From: Octopus sinensis
Taxonomy: Eukaryota
Reading direction: 5' to 3'
Length of the DNA: 64,000 nt
Assembly (NCBI RefSeq): GCF_006345805.1
Contig: NC_043006.1
Location: forward strand, 14,632,001 to 14,696,000
Shown: piece after piece, positions 36,214-49,574 of the stretch
How the letters are laid out: each line of letters starts with the position of its first letter
Numbering within the stretch: position 1 is the stretch's first letter
Made by a program: the position numbers and the translations under genes
Notes under the pieces: model-generated
Seen by the model: the letters and a program-made list of their open reading frames with translations, nothing else
The model's database searches: none
Told to the model about the DNA's origin: nothing

Positions 36214-37723
36214 GTGAGTAGATTTTCTTTTCTTTTTTTTCTTTTCCCTTTTTCTTTTTTTTTTTTATTATCTTGGGATTTTTATCATATTAAGTTTTGA
36301 GAGAAATCTTCAAATTTTGTTTTGTAAATTCATGGTGTATTTGATAACAAAACAAATTATTAAAAAATTTTCATTTAACATGTTACTTCATTCACATGTA
36401 TAATTTGGATTGTTCCTGTCCATTCTGGTCCAGTTCCATTTTCATCAATGTTAAGTCTTTTAGATAAGTGCTTGTGTCCTTACTCAATGTATTACTATTC
36501 TGCTACCTGCCCTTTAATTTTACTTACGTGTATAAAAATACAAAAATATCAGGATCCTTAAGTTCAAGGTTTTGAAATTTTCAGGGCAGCTATGATTTCA
36601 AGGTCTTAAAATTTTCAGGATAGGCAGCCAGGAATTCAAGGGCTTGAGATTTTCAAGTTGGGAACCAGGAATTCAAGGTTTTAACATTTCCAGGATGAGC
36701 TGCTATGAATTTAAGGTCTTGAGGTTTCCACAATGGTCCTCTAGACAAATTTTGCTGTTGTAGTTGACACAATCATTATAGGAGGTAGAATGAGTGAGTA
36801 ATGTTCTTGAGAGATATAGAAAAAGATTTATGATTTTCTTCTATTGAAAAAATGAAGCGGGTTCTTCAGAAGCTAGTATTAGTGCGGTATAACATTTTGG
36901 CAAAGAACTTGAATAATTGGAGAAGTTCAAGATGAATATAGGTTATGATAACTTGTGAGGTGGATGTTGTGCAAATAAATTGAGAAATTTACTAAACCCC
37001 AGAGGTTTGCAACAGTCAATAAAGAATAAAAGTTGTTAGAAAATATTTCCTGAGTTTTGTAGGGAAAGTATCTATAATATAAACAGACATAAGAAGTCTT
37101 GAGGAAAAAACAGTCAAATTAGACCAATAAGTACAAAAATAAAAGAAGAAAAAGGACAGGTGGAAAACTGTTTTATTGTAAACCTGGAAAAAAGAACCTA
37201 AAATTGATGATTGTTCTTACCTTACACAGTACCATCTAAATCTCTTACAGAAGTAATAGTTAATTCTTGTCTTTGACTCCTCTCTCTTGCATTTTCCAGC
37301 CTTTTATTTTCCTAACCCTAACCCTAACCCTAATTTAAAAGAGAAATTTTTTAGTTTTGAGAATTCATCTAAGTGATACTGCTATAGTAAAAACAATCCT
37401 TTTAAATAAAACTTGATCTACAAGTGTTACATTTTTTTCTTTTTCGCATCTGCTGTTTTGTATTATTATAAATTAATTCTTTGATTCTGCACTTGATAAT
37501 TTAAAAAAAAATATTTGGAGTACACTTATCCTTTTAAAATGATATAACCCATGTATATGTTGTTAAATATGTAGCAGAACTCTCAATGTAAAATTCAAGA
37601 TGTATCTATAATTTTAGGTCGATATATTTTTCTATGTTTTTACTTGCTTAAAACAATTTTAAAATTTGAAGATTTGATTTTTGAAATGAATTTCTGTAAA
37701 TGTTTTTATGTTATTTGTTATAG

Positions 37724-37822
37724 GGAAGCTGGACTAATGCTATGAGAAAGCAGAGAGAAAAGTTATTAGAGCTCATTAGGAGATTAGCAGAGGATGATAA
37801 AGAAGGTGTTATGGCTCATAAG
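37724..37822 (+). CDS. USP9X: USP9X coding exon 11
   Basis: ttatag| [33 protein letters not shown] |gtttgt; 99 nt. Confidence 0.96.
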
Positions 37823-38835
37823 GTTTGTAAATATTGTAATATATTTTTACTTTATCTTGTCATTTAATTTATTTGTTCCATTATTTGATATGTTTCTATG
37901 ACAAACTGTTTTAGATAGTTCTACTGGTCACAGAAGGAGACTAGCTATTACCCTATCCATTTTCCATTTCTTAGGGGTGCTCTGTTTTGTGAAATGTTAT
38001 TGCTTCAGACAAAAAAACTTTTGTCAGTGAACAGGTCGTGGTCTCAATGTAACGAAACTATTTTGACAAATTAAATTTAAATGTTGAAGTGAATCTAACG
38101 GTTTTTGTGTATTTCTTAAATGGCTTATAAACACCTTCCACGCAGCAATTGTTTACGTTCCAGCACACGATCTCAGATCAAGTCACTCGCTATGCAAGTA
38201 CATCTCCGTAATTAAATTGTTTGGCATATCATTATGCTTCAATTGGAGAGGTTTTATTATAGATATAGCCCACTCCGCAGGGTGGTTGGTGTTAGGAAAG
38301 GCATCTAGCTGTTAAAAAAAATAATCATGCCAAAACAGACATAGAAGTATGGTGGAGTCTGGCCAGCCCCTGTTAAACCATCCGATCCATGCCAGCATGG
38401 ATGGAGGACATTAAATGATGATGATGATGATATGTGCAGACATAGCTATGTTGTTGAGAAGTTCACTTTGCAACTATATGATCTTGAGTTCAGTCCTTCT
38501 GCATGGTATCTTGGCAAGTGTCTTCTACAAAATCTATTCACAAGGTTTTGGTGGTTAGAAACTTGGAGTCTGTTGTACTCTTATAGGCTTGTGTGTGTGT
38601 GTGTGAGATGGGGAGAGAGACTGTGTATTTTGCTTACATTTGTGTCAACCGAAGTTGTATGCTTTGAGTTCTATTGCAGTTGGCAAGCAGTACTGTTGTT
38701 GCTTATTTAAATAGTTTTAACAGTAAAACTTCTATTATTGATCTTAAGATTGATTCTAAGATTTAAGTAACAAAACAATTTTGATTTATTTTCCAATGAT
38801 AATTTATTTCCTTTTTCTTTTCTTTTTTCCTTCAG

Positions 38836-38943
38836 GTTTTAGGGTTGTTATGGAATCTTGCTCATAGTGAAGATGTTCCGACTGAGATCATGGACCAAGC
38901 CCTGACAGCTCATATAAAAATTCTGGATTATAGTTGCTCTCAG
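38836..38943 (+). CDS. USP9X: USP9X coding exon 12
   Basis: ccttcag| [36 protein letters not shown] |gtgaat; 108 nt. Confidence 0.96.
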
Positions 38944-40768
38944 GTGAATATTTAAAAAAAATTTGTTTACTCTTCAACCATTGTGTTTTTCTTTGTTGTT
39001 TATCATTTTCTAGATTTAATTTGGTAGGGATAACTCGGGGTAGTTCAGGGCTGAACTAGGTGTATTATTTATTGTATGTGGCATAGCTGTGTGGTTGAGA
39101 AGGAAGCTTCTCAACCATATGGTCTCGGGTTCACTCCCCTGCATGGCAAGTATCTCTTACTATTGCCCTAAGCCATGTGAGTGAATTTTGGTAGATGGAA
39201 ACTGGAAGAAGCCAACCGTGTGTGTGTGTATACTCTTGTCTTGATGTCACATGGTGATTGTAAATGAGCATCATCATCATACAAGTTATGTTGTTTGCTT
39301 CCAGTCTTCTGTGGAAAACATGTTTGGTCATGGGGAAATATTTCCTTGCTTAGAAACAAGTGAAGGTTGGTGACAGGAAGGGCATCAAACCATAGAAAAG
39401 TTGCCTCAACAAATTTTGTCTGATCCATGCAAACATGGAAAAATGGAAGTTAAAATGATGATGGTATGCATAGTTTGAGGTTCATAACAATAACATCAAT
39501 TCATACCAGAGTTGGCTTTACTGTTCATTCTTCTTAGATTTAGAAAGTAGGCACTACTCTACCGTTGTTTACAAAATGGGTCGTGTGCTTCATCAAAGGA
39601 AGTCATTATTTTCTAGATTGATAAACTTTCATAGTTAAAAAATTTTTTTTTTTAATCTAGTATTTAGATTTTTGCTACAAATCTAAACTTAGATAGATCA
39701 AGGAAGAAGATTTGGGAAAAGGAGTGAGATGAGATCTGAGAATGTTTGCACTTGTTAGTCTTCTCTAATTTGTGTGGCCAAAGAAACCAGTATTGTAGTA
39801 ATTCTGTGCTCATAGTATGTAATGGCTTATGAACGCAAGAAGGGCAGTGCCCCCATCACCTTTTTGCACAACCTCTGAGATTGGTAGAGAAATACTCATT
39901 ACAATGTTGAATGAGGAGGAGAATATAAAAAAGTATTCTGCCATATATTAGTTCACTAGATGTGTAAAGTGTAAAGACTCCTTTCATTCATGAATGACCG
40001 TGGGATTGCTCCTAGAAAGTTACTCTCCGAAGCACAAGTTTTGGCAAGATATTTGGAAGACCAGCAGTTGCCCATGCATGCCACCCTTCCTCCTCCATGC
40101 CACTGGTGTTATCCAAGGAAAAGACAAAGGCCAATACAACATGGCACCAGTGACATCACAACTCATTTCTACAGCTGAGTGAACTGGAGCAATGATGAAA
40201 GACAAAGTTGACCTTGGTGGTATTTTGACCTTAGAACATAAAGAACCAGAAAAGAATGCTTCTAAGCATTTTGTCTTAAGTGTAATGATTCTACCAGCTT
40301 GCTGCCTTAGTGGCAGGGGTAAATTGATTTCATCGACCCCAGACCCTAGAATAATTATTATGATGGCTAACTGGCAGAATCTAGAGAACAAAATGTTTAG
40401 CAGCATTTCGTCCGGCTTTATGTTCCAGGTTCAAATTCTGCTAAAGTCAACTTTGCTTTTCATCCTCTCAGGGTTGATAAAACAAGTACCGGTAGAATAC
40501 TGGGGCTGAGGTAATTGACAAGACCCCACCCCCAAAATTTCAGAATTTGTTCTCATAAAAGGATGTTTTTTTTTTCTTCCAGTAAATTTGTGAAATGTTT
40601 CTCAAAAACACAAAAAGGGGAAATTAATGGAAGTCAGGGAAAAAAGAATTGAAAACAAATTCAGAGCAGTTTATTAAAAAAATTCTCTCTTCCCCCACCT
40701 ACTTTTATAATGAAAATTATGTTTTATATTGTCAATCTGCAACAAAGTATGATGAGTGAAATGTTTAA

Positions 40769-40985
40769 CCCTTTTGATGCCAACCTGGCTGAAACCTCCT
40801 CGGGCTCTGAAATACAAATGTCTTGTTTTCGAAAGTTATGAATTAAAATCCTCCACCAAACCTTAGTCACAATTTATCTTCCTAACACTAGCTTAATTAT
40901 AATTATTTTACTAAATTCTTTGTTATATTTAAAATTAATTGAAAGAAACACAGAGCATCTCGACAGAAATATGGTAACAAAAGGG
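40769..40985. mobile_element. piggyBac-like MITE
   Basis: TTAA at 40765-40768 and 40986-40989; CCCTTTTGAT...GTAACAAAAGGG. Confidence 0.85.
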
Positions 40986-41002
40986 TTAATCCTTTTGATA
41001 CC

Positions 41003-41221
41003 TATTTCTTTATTACCCACAAGGGGCTAAACATAGAGGGGACAGACATAGGTATTAAGTCGATTACATCGACCCCAGTGCGTAACTGGTACTTAATTTA
41101 TCGACCCCGAAAGGATGAAAAGCAAAGTTGACCTCGGCGGAATTTGAACTCAGAACGTAACGACAGATGAAATACCGCTAAGCATTTCGCACGGCATGCC
41201 AACGTTTTTGCCAGCTCGCTG
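41003..41221 (-). mobile_element. SINE family A with 12-bp TSD
   Basis: CCTTTTGATACC at 40991-41002 and 41222-41233. Confidence 0.9.
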
Positions 41222-42182
41222 CCTTTTGATACCAACCGGCTTGAGACTGCCTGTCATTCTGTAATACAAACTTTGTGTGATCTGAATTAAAACCTTGCTT
41301 TAGAATCTCCTATTAATTTGTTCTAAACACCAGCTTAATAATGACAATGTTATTTTACTAGAGTCTTCATTAGTTAATTGAAACAAAGACAGTGTATTTC
41401 AATTGAAATTTAAGAAAAAAAGTTAGTGATATAAATTAAAACCTTCCAAAATTTCATTTTGTTTCCAAACCAGTTTAATAACTACAAAGTTATTTTACAA
41501 AGTTCGTTATTTTCAAAACTAATTGGAACAAAGACCGTCTATTTGGATCTTTTTGGTTTCTCTCACAGATTTCATATTTTGTAAAATTTTGTTCTAGTTG
41601 TTTTCAAATTTGGTATACTGATTTAGTTTTGTATGCTAATTATGAAAAGGAAATTCATTTTTGCCATAGGTTAATAAATAAAAAGCTTTCAAAATTTGAA
41701 AATTTTGGTTAATTTCAACCAATCAAAAGCCACTATGATACACATGACTGTAAATTTTAATATTGGTTTTCATAGTAACAAGCAAAGCTGTAGTCTGACA
41801 TTTTCACCATTGCAACTACAACCACAAGTTTTGATGCGTGATGTCATTTTGTGCCTGTGTTATTTCTGTCTGTCATTTTGTTATAGATAACAGACAGCAA
41901 ACATGTAGAAAATGCTGACTGTTTTCTGATTGGACTAAAAATTATCAAACTTTGAATTTCCGTAACATTTTCCTTAATTTTTCTGATAATAAATGAACCC
42001 CAAATTCAGATTCAGTGTGAAAAAATTATGTCAATGTGCCAAATTTGAAAATTTCCACTTAATTAAAAAATTACAAAATCTGGGACAGCATCCCAAAAGA
42101 TCTATTTCGACAAAAGTATACTAACAAAATGTTTATTGCTTATATTTTTTCTACATTATGTGCATGTGTTTTCTCCTCTCAG

Positions 42183-42299
42183 GATCGTGATAGTCAGAAA
42201 ATGCAGTGGATTAGCAGGTTTGTTGAAGAGCTGAAGAATGACAAATGGGTTTTACCTGCCTTGAAACAAATTAGAGAAATATGTCAGTTATTTCCTGAA
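42183..42299 (+). CDS. USP9X: USP9X coding exon 13
   Basis: ctctcag| [39 protein letters not shown] |gtaagt; 117 nt. Confidence 0.96.
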
Positions 42300-43886
42300 G
42301 TAAGTTTCTCTTTATGTTGTAACTTGATCCTTATATCTTGACACTCCTTTTCTGTGTGTATGCGTGTGCATAATAATGATAATAATTAGGTACAGATGTG
42401 GCTTTGTGGTTTAGAAGTTTGATCTACAACGTTTCAAGTTCAGTACCACTGCATGGCAGCTTGGTCAAGTGTCTTCTACTATAGTCCCAGGACATCCAAA
42501 GCCTTGTGAGTGGTTCTGGTAGATGGAAACTGAAAGAAGATAGTCGAGTGTGTGTGTGTGTGTGTTAGTGCCTCCTTGTCTTGACATAACATGATAGTTG
42601 TAAATGAGTGTCCTCATCTTACAAGCAGTGTCCTTCACTTGCAGTCTTCCATCTATGTGGAAATATTAATCTTACATGGAAATGATTGAGGGTTGGTAAC
42701 AGGAAGGGCAAATCTGCCTCAACAAATTCCAAGTGATTACTGAAAATTGGACATTAAAACAATGACAAATTCCTTTACCCAAAACCAAGACTTCTTTCTC
42801 AATACTCCATTTTTCAGAGGCACTGTAAGACATAATCATACCAGCAGTGACAGAAGAAATCCCTAGCTTAGAATAAAGGAATAACCTCTACTTCATTTTC
42901 TGTGTGATTCTTATTCTAGTTTGTAAATTCAACAGCTCAAAGAATAGCTCTTGGTTAAGAAACTTGCTTTGCAACTGCTTGGTTCTGGGACCATTCCCAT
43001 TGCATTGCACATAGAGCGAATATCTTTTAGCATAGCCAATTTTTTGGTCAATACTTTGAGTAGAATTTGGTAGCCAGAAAATGTGTAAGCATGCATCATG
43101 TATGTATGTGTGTGTGTGTGTATGTGCTTGTTTACATTGGTATGAATACCTGTGTTTGTATGTTGTATCCATGTGTATAGTAGAGGTATGTGGCTTAGTG
43201 GTTAGGGTGTTGGACTCATGATCATAAGATTGTGGTTTCGATTCCTGGACCAGGCGATACATTGTGTTCTTGAGCAAAACACTTCATTTCATGTTGCTCC
43301 AGTCCACTCAGCTGTAGAAATGCGTACCACTAGTGGAGGCGTGTTGCTTAGTGGTTTGGGTGTTGGATTCATGACTGTAAGATTGTGGTTTTGATCCCTG
43401 GACTGGGCGAGCCATTGTGTTCTTGAGCAAAACACTTCAATTCACATTGCTCCGGTCTACTCTGCTGCAGAAATAAGATTAGCCTGGAGTGGGATGGGCT
43501 CCACCAGGCTTTCTCACCCTAGATATGCTGCATAGCTGCAGTGGTCTGACAATCCTCAAGGGGTTAAGGGACTTGTCATTGTCATCTGTGTATATCCTGC
43601 AACTTAGTGGCTCAACAAATAGAGACAATGATATAAATAGTAGATTGGCTGAGATCCTCAAAGGCAGTACCATGCATTTTGAGACTTTTAGATGTCAGTT
43701 AGGTTCCTACTTTATCTCTATTTGTTGCAGGTGTGTGTTAAGAAATTTGCTTTCCACTTGTGTGGTTTCAGGTTCAGTCCCATGCTGCGGCACCATGGGC
43801 AAGTGTCTTCTACTATTGCTCTGAGCAGTTGAAAGCCTCGTGAGTGTATTCAGTAGATACAAACTGGAAGAAGCCTGTTGTGAGTG

Positions 43887-43929
<43 letters not shown>

Positions 43930-43932
<3 letters not shown>

Positions 43933-44230
43933 CGTAATTGACGAGGCTATCAGATGTTGCTACACATTGCTGGTCACAATGCGCTTCGCATTGTTTTAGC
44001 CTTCAAATGATGCCACCCCGCTGGCTAAGCGTGCAGGCCAACAGAAGAAAGAGTGAGAGAAAGTTGTGGCGAAAGAGTACAGCAGGGATTGCCACCACCT
44101 CCTGCGGGAGCCTCGTGGAGCTTTAGGTGTTTTCGCTCAATAAACACTCACAACGACCAGTCTGGGAATCAAAACTGCGATCCTATGACAGCGAGTCCGC
44201 TGCCCTAGTCACTGGGCCATTGCGCCTCCA
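43930..44230 (-). mobile_element. tRNA-derived SINE family D between (TA)n tracts
   Basis: Minus-strand head GGAGGCGCAATGGCCCAGTGACTAGGGCAGCGGACTCG...GTTTTGATTCCC; a related tail fragment lies at about 14080-14160. Confidence 0.75.
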
Positions 44231-44236
44231 TGTGTG

Positions 44237-44307
<71 letters not shown>

Positions 44308-45289
44308 TGCATAATAGTTGTAAACGAGTGTCACTGTCATACAAACTGTCATTGAATTCCAATATTCGGCAAAAATGTATCCAGCCATTCTTGGAAACGA
44401 GTGAGGCTTGGCAACAGGAGGGACATTCAGCTGTAGAAAATGTGTCTCAATAAACTTCACTTGATCCAGGCAAGCTTGGAACAGTGGACATTAAACATTG
44501 AGAATGATGGCCACACACTCACACAGAGACTTGGATAAATTACTAATTCTTATAGCTGGATATATGATTGTGTTTATAAAGTGTTTGGTATATGAAAATA
44601 CTTACGAAATAATCTCTTCATGTATTTTGGTGAGGTGGTCAACTTAAATGTTCTACCTGCCTAATTTTTTGTTTGTTTAAATCACCATGAAGATAACAAA
44701 TTTTAGTCATGATGTAAATTAAGTATTCATCAATAAAATGCTGCTGAAACAGTTGTGAATTTTAAACTCCATTTGTGTTTTTTGATGATGATATATATAT
44801 ATACACATATAGATATAGGGTAAAAAATTATTAATTTCATCATCATCATTTAACGTCCGTTTTCCGTGCTAGCACGGGTTGGACGGTTCGACTGGGGTCT
44901 GGGAAGCCGGGGGGCTGCACCAGGCTCCAGTCTGATCTGGCAGTGTTTCTACAGCTGGATGCCCTTCCTAACGCCAACCACTCCATGAGTGTAGAAATTT
45001 CTAATTAATAAATTTCACCAAGTAGTTTCGGTATGGAAAAGAACCATATTCGGTAAAAACTTATACAAGAAGTTTTATATATAATTATAATAATAATTAA
45101 GGGTTTAGCAACAAGTTGCTTAACCACATACCGAAAAATTTAGAAATAGCAGCCAAAAGACTGTTATTTCATTCATATATATACTTATACTGAGAGGAAC
45201 TTATTCAATTCACAATATATCTCTCCTTATTGAACACAACTGTATTTTATATGTAATATTTTCTCTTTTGCTTTTTCGTTTTGTTGCAG

Positions 45290-45440
45290 ACATCTCAAAA
45301 TTTTCCTCATGCTCAGCGAACACCTCACATGTATTATAGGAATCAAGTTATTAGTCAGTTACACCATCAGCATTCTATTGTTATGCTTGTAGCTCAAAAT
45401 TTAGCAACTTACATGGAGAATGCCAGGTCTTACGCAAAAG
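45290..45440 (+). CDS. USP9X: USP9X coding exon 14
   Basis: ttgcag| TSQNFPHAQRTPHMYYRNQVISQLHHQHSIVMLVAQNLATYMENARSYAK |gtaaac; 151 nt. Confidence 0.95.
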
Positions 45441-46559
45441 GTAAACTTATTTGCACTCTTTTTGTTTATGCTAGAAAATGAATTATAGTGTAATTTTCTA
45501 ATTAATTTTTGTTGTAAATTGTGGAATATCTTTATTTAAAAAAAAAAAAGAAGAAAAGTCATGTTTTTGTTATTAACTAAACTGAATATGAGAGGATAGA
45601 ATATTAGGATGGTTGGTTAAATGATAACAGCATCACTTTTGGTATTTTAATTTTTTTGTATCTGTTCTGTGTTTGTTTGGCAGAATTTATAGAGCATCAG
45701 ATAAATCACTTAGTTTTTTTTGTTTTTTTGTTACATTCTCTGGTCAACTTTACCTTTCTCCTTCCAAAGATGATAAAATAATTACCAAACAAGGTACTGG
45801 GGTGGATATAAACTCTTGGACCTGGCATGGTTACAGTCTGTTGACTAATCATTAAAGGAAAAGAGCATCCCCCCTTTTTTGTGACTTTAGATGAATTTTG
45901 TCATTTCTCAGATTCTTTGTCACATTGTCCTGTTGTCTTGAATATATGTATCTGTCTTAGAATCCTGAAAACCCCTATCACTTATCCTACTGTTACACAT
46001 CCCTCTTTCCATTATCATTCATGATTTTCACTCTGTAAATAGATGGGTGAGTGAGCATACACGTAAGGTTGCGAGGTGTCTTTAAGCATGTCATGGTCAT
46101 GATAACCCCTCTAGTGCTGGTGCCATAAAAAAATGCACCTAGTACACTCAGTAAAGTGTGAGGTTGTGAGGGTCCTTTACTCTTGTTGAAGATATGACAC
46201 TGGTCTGGGAGCAGTGCCTTGAAAAAAAAAAGCATCCAGTACACTCTGTAAAGGGGTTGGTATTGAATCCTAGTCAAAAATGCTATGCGAGACACACTCC
46301 TCTGACCTGTCTAGGTGAGCAGTACTCACAAATGTGTGCTGACTCTGACCATTGCAACCTGTTCAATCCATTTCAGCTTAGAAAGTGGATGTAAAATGAT
46401 GACAAAGATGATATAATTTGAATGAGGCTTCTGATAATGTATATTTACTGTTTCATCCATATATATATATCATCATCATCGTTGAACATTCGCCTTCCAT
46501 GCTGCCATATATATATATACAGCGTGCTAATGATTCTGCCAAATAATAATAATAATAAT

Positions 46560-47300
46560 TCTTTCTACTATAGGCACAAGGCCTAAAGTTTTGAGAGTAG
46601 GGGCTAGTCAGTTAGATCAACCCTGAAAAGATGAAAGGCAAAATTTACCCCAGTAGAATTTGAACTCAGAATGTAAATACAGACAAAATACCACTAATTG
46701 TTTTGCCTCACATGCTAATATTAAAAATAATGTCTCAAATTTTGGCATGAAGTGAACAATTTTAGTGGGAGGGAGTTAATCAATTACACTAACTCCAGTA
46801 CTTGATTGGTACTTTATTTTATTGATCTCGAAAAAAATAAAAGGTAAAGTTGACCTTGGCAGAATTTGAACTCAGAACACTGTGAGGTGAAAGAAAGGCT
46901 GCTAAGCATTTTGTTTGATATGTTAATAATTCTGCCAGCCTGCTGCCTTAATAACAGTAATTGTGGTACAATTTTCAGGGAGGGAAAGTTGATGACATTG
47001 ACACTAGTGCTTGACTGGTACTTTATTTTATTGACCCTGAAAGGACAAAAGGCTAAGTTAACCTTGGTGGAATTTGTACTATTTCTTTACTACCCACAAG
47101 GGGCTACGCACAGAAGGGACAAACAAGGATAGACAAACAGATTAAGTCGATTATATCGACCCCAGTGCGTAACTGGTACTTATTTAATCGACCCTGAAAG
47201 GATGAAAGGCAAAGTTGGCCTTGGCGGAATTTGAACTCAGAACGTAACAGCAGATGAAACACCGCTAAGCATTTTGCCTGGCATGCTAACAATTCTGCCA
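46560..47300 (-). mobile_element. Cluster of three family A-related SINEs
   Basis: Repeated GAATTTGAACTCAGAA / GATGAAAGGCAAA blocks; the best-preserved copy is 47080-47290. Confidence 0.75.
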
Positions 47301-47309
47301 GTTTGCTGC

Positions 47310-47346
<37 letters not shown>
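47310..47346. repeat. (AAT)n microsatellite
   Basis: Direct reading. Confidence 0.95.
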
Positions 47347-47509
47347 GGCAAATAATTCTTAAGTTCCAAAATATTTAATGATTTTTGTAAAATGAGCAAA
47401 TTAACGATTCTTTGTAGTTGAATGTCATTATTTGAATTAATTACTGAACAATACAATAAAATCACAATCTTTCTACCTGGTTTAAATTCTTCTTCTTTTG
47501 TTGTTTTAG

Positions 47510-47597
47510 AACATCCATTTGAAGATCCTAGTAATATTTATCCTGATGGCAGATTCAATCATATTCAACAAGTGCAGGAACGGCTCCGATTCTTACG
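47510..47597 (+). CDS. USP9X: USP9X coding exon 15
   Basis: ttttag| (E)HPFEDPSNIYPDGRFNHIQQVQERLRFL(R) |gtttgt; 88 nt. Confidence 0.94.
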
Positions 47598-49522
47598 GTT
47601 TGTTTTGATGACACTTCATTTAATTATTTTAATTTTTGCACAAGTTTTTAGATATTTATTAACTCACAGACACTTCACTAAAATGGTAACATATTATTGA
47701 AGTTTTTATATTTCCATTTATTAAAATATTTACTACTTGTATATGTGAGAATAAGAAGTATGAGGCTTATTGAACTTGGTTATGTTTAGCAAACACTAGT
47801 CTGCTGTGTCACTTGGATTTAAGTAACCCCTCCTTTAGGAGGTGTGACTGCTTACTGTGCCCTTAATGACTCACAAATTTCATATTCTGTTAGTCCTGGT
47901 TGTCTTCAGTTATTACTTCCAGCAACACCAAAGTTCAGCAACAAATCCACAGTTCTGTCTTTTCTAATTTTCCTCATTGCTTTATTCAGCCATCACATTC
48001 CCTGTGACTGTTATTTGCAGCAATCTCTTATAGTCTTCTCTGATGACCTCCTTGATGTCTATGGCTGCAAAACCTTATTTCTCTCTTTATGTACTGAAAA
48101 TTTTCAGTACTCTGTACTCTAGAATAACACTGACACATTAAGAGTAATGAAGTTAGGCTCTATCCCTTCTCTTTTTTTCTTTTCCCCCCATCTTTTTATA
48201 TCTTCCTTTTTACTCTTTTTCTCCCTTGGCATGTGCATGTACACACGCATACATGCACTCATACACACACACACACACACACTACTACTACATTGTATTG
48301 AAGAGAAGCCACAGTCCAGCTGGTGATTGTAAACCACTGACCATTGAGCTGTTTTCTTTTAGAGTCACTACTTCCCTGGAATTACTGATTATATTATTCT
48401 CTCCTGATCCAAGACTACTGTGCTTGTTTCTCTTTCCTTGCCACCATCCCTAACATTTTACCAACCCACTTGGCTCATTTTGTCCAATTCTCCTTTTCTA
48501 GAGTTGTAATTTATCTTGAACTTACCTTCCCGTTGACATTTCCCTTCCACCCAGTAAAACTGAAATTAAACATTATTTGCACTAACTCCACTAAGTTATC
48601 CTTACATCTCAATCTAAGAAGGCCTTAGATATATAAATGTTAAACAAAATGTTAAAATGTTTTTTTTTCCACATCATTTTAGCTTATCATTGTTGTGGCA
48701 GTTTTACTTTTTCTTGATTCCTGACTAAACATTTTATTCAATTCTTCTGTGAAACAGAGGTTCCTTGTAACTCTGTGTCTGTATCTGTATATTTTACTTC
48801 TCCCAACTGTTAGCAATTGAAGTTGAACTTTTATTACAGAAAGATTCATCTAATCTGGAAGGTACTTAGGAAAAGGTGATAAGCAGTGCCCTCCCCCTCT
48901 ATAAGGCTAATAATAAATAAAACAGATGACTGAGGATAGAATTTCATTCATTTAATATAAAGTAACCAAACTTTGTAGAGCTACGATTTTAAACTTTTGT
49001 CCATTTTATTGAAGTGTCCTGTGAGGTTACCTACTTTGTTGTTTTTGTGGTTGTAGTTTAGTTTACTTTTTCAGTCATTTTAAATTACTTTTTATATGAA
49101 AAGCAATATTTTCAGATCCACTGTTTGTTTGTTTGTTTTTTCTTTTTGAATGCTTTATCAGTAGCAGTTAAAAATCATTTGTGACTTATGTTAAATATTT
49201 AATCTTTTTAACCCTTTTGATACCCCATTTCTATTGAAATACACTGACTATGTTTCAGTTAATTTTTGAAATAAGGAAGGATGGAGTAAAATAACTTTAT
49301 CATTATTCAGTTGGTGTCTGAAACAAATTAACATGAAATTTTGATTGCAGGTTTTAATTTCGACTATTTTAAAGCAAGAAGTTTGTATCATAGAACCAAG
49401 GCAATCTCAAGTGAATTGGTATCAAAAGGGTTAATCTAAGAAGCTTTGTGTTAAAACCTTAAGCACTTTGTTCTCTGTAATGTATTTTCCCCTCTTTTTT
49501 AAATGTATTTTTATATTTAAAG

Positions 49523-49574
49523 GTTTTTACTGAAAGATGGTCAACTTTGGTTATGTGAAATTCAAGCCAAGCAG
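49523..49574 (+). CDS. USP9X: USP9X coding exon 16
   Basis: tttaaag| FLLKDGQLWLCEIQAKQ |gtatta; 52 nt. Confidence 0.93.

Noticed and set aside
12623-44460. ORFs containing YIYIYI, HTHTHT, VCVCVC or ERERER runs
   Set aside because: Read-through of dinucleotide microsatellites.
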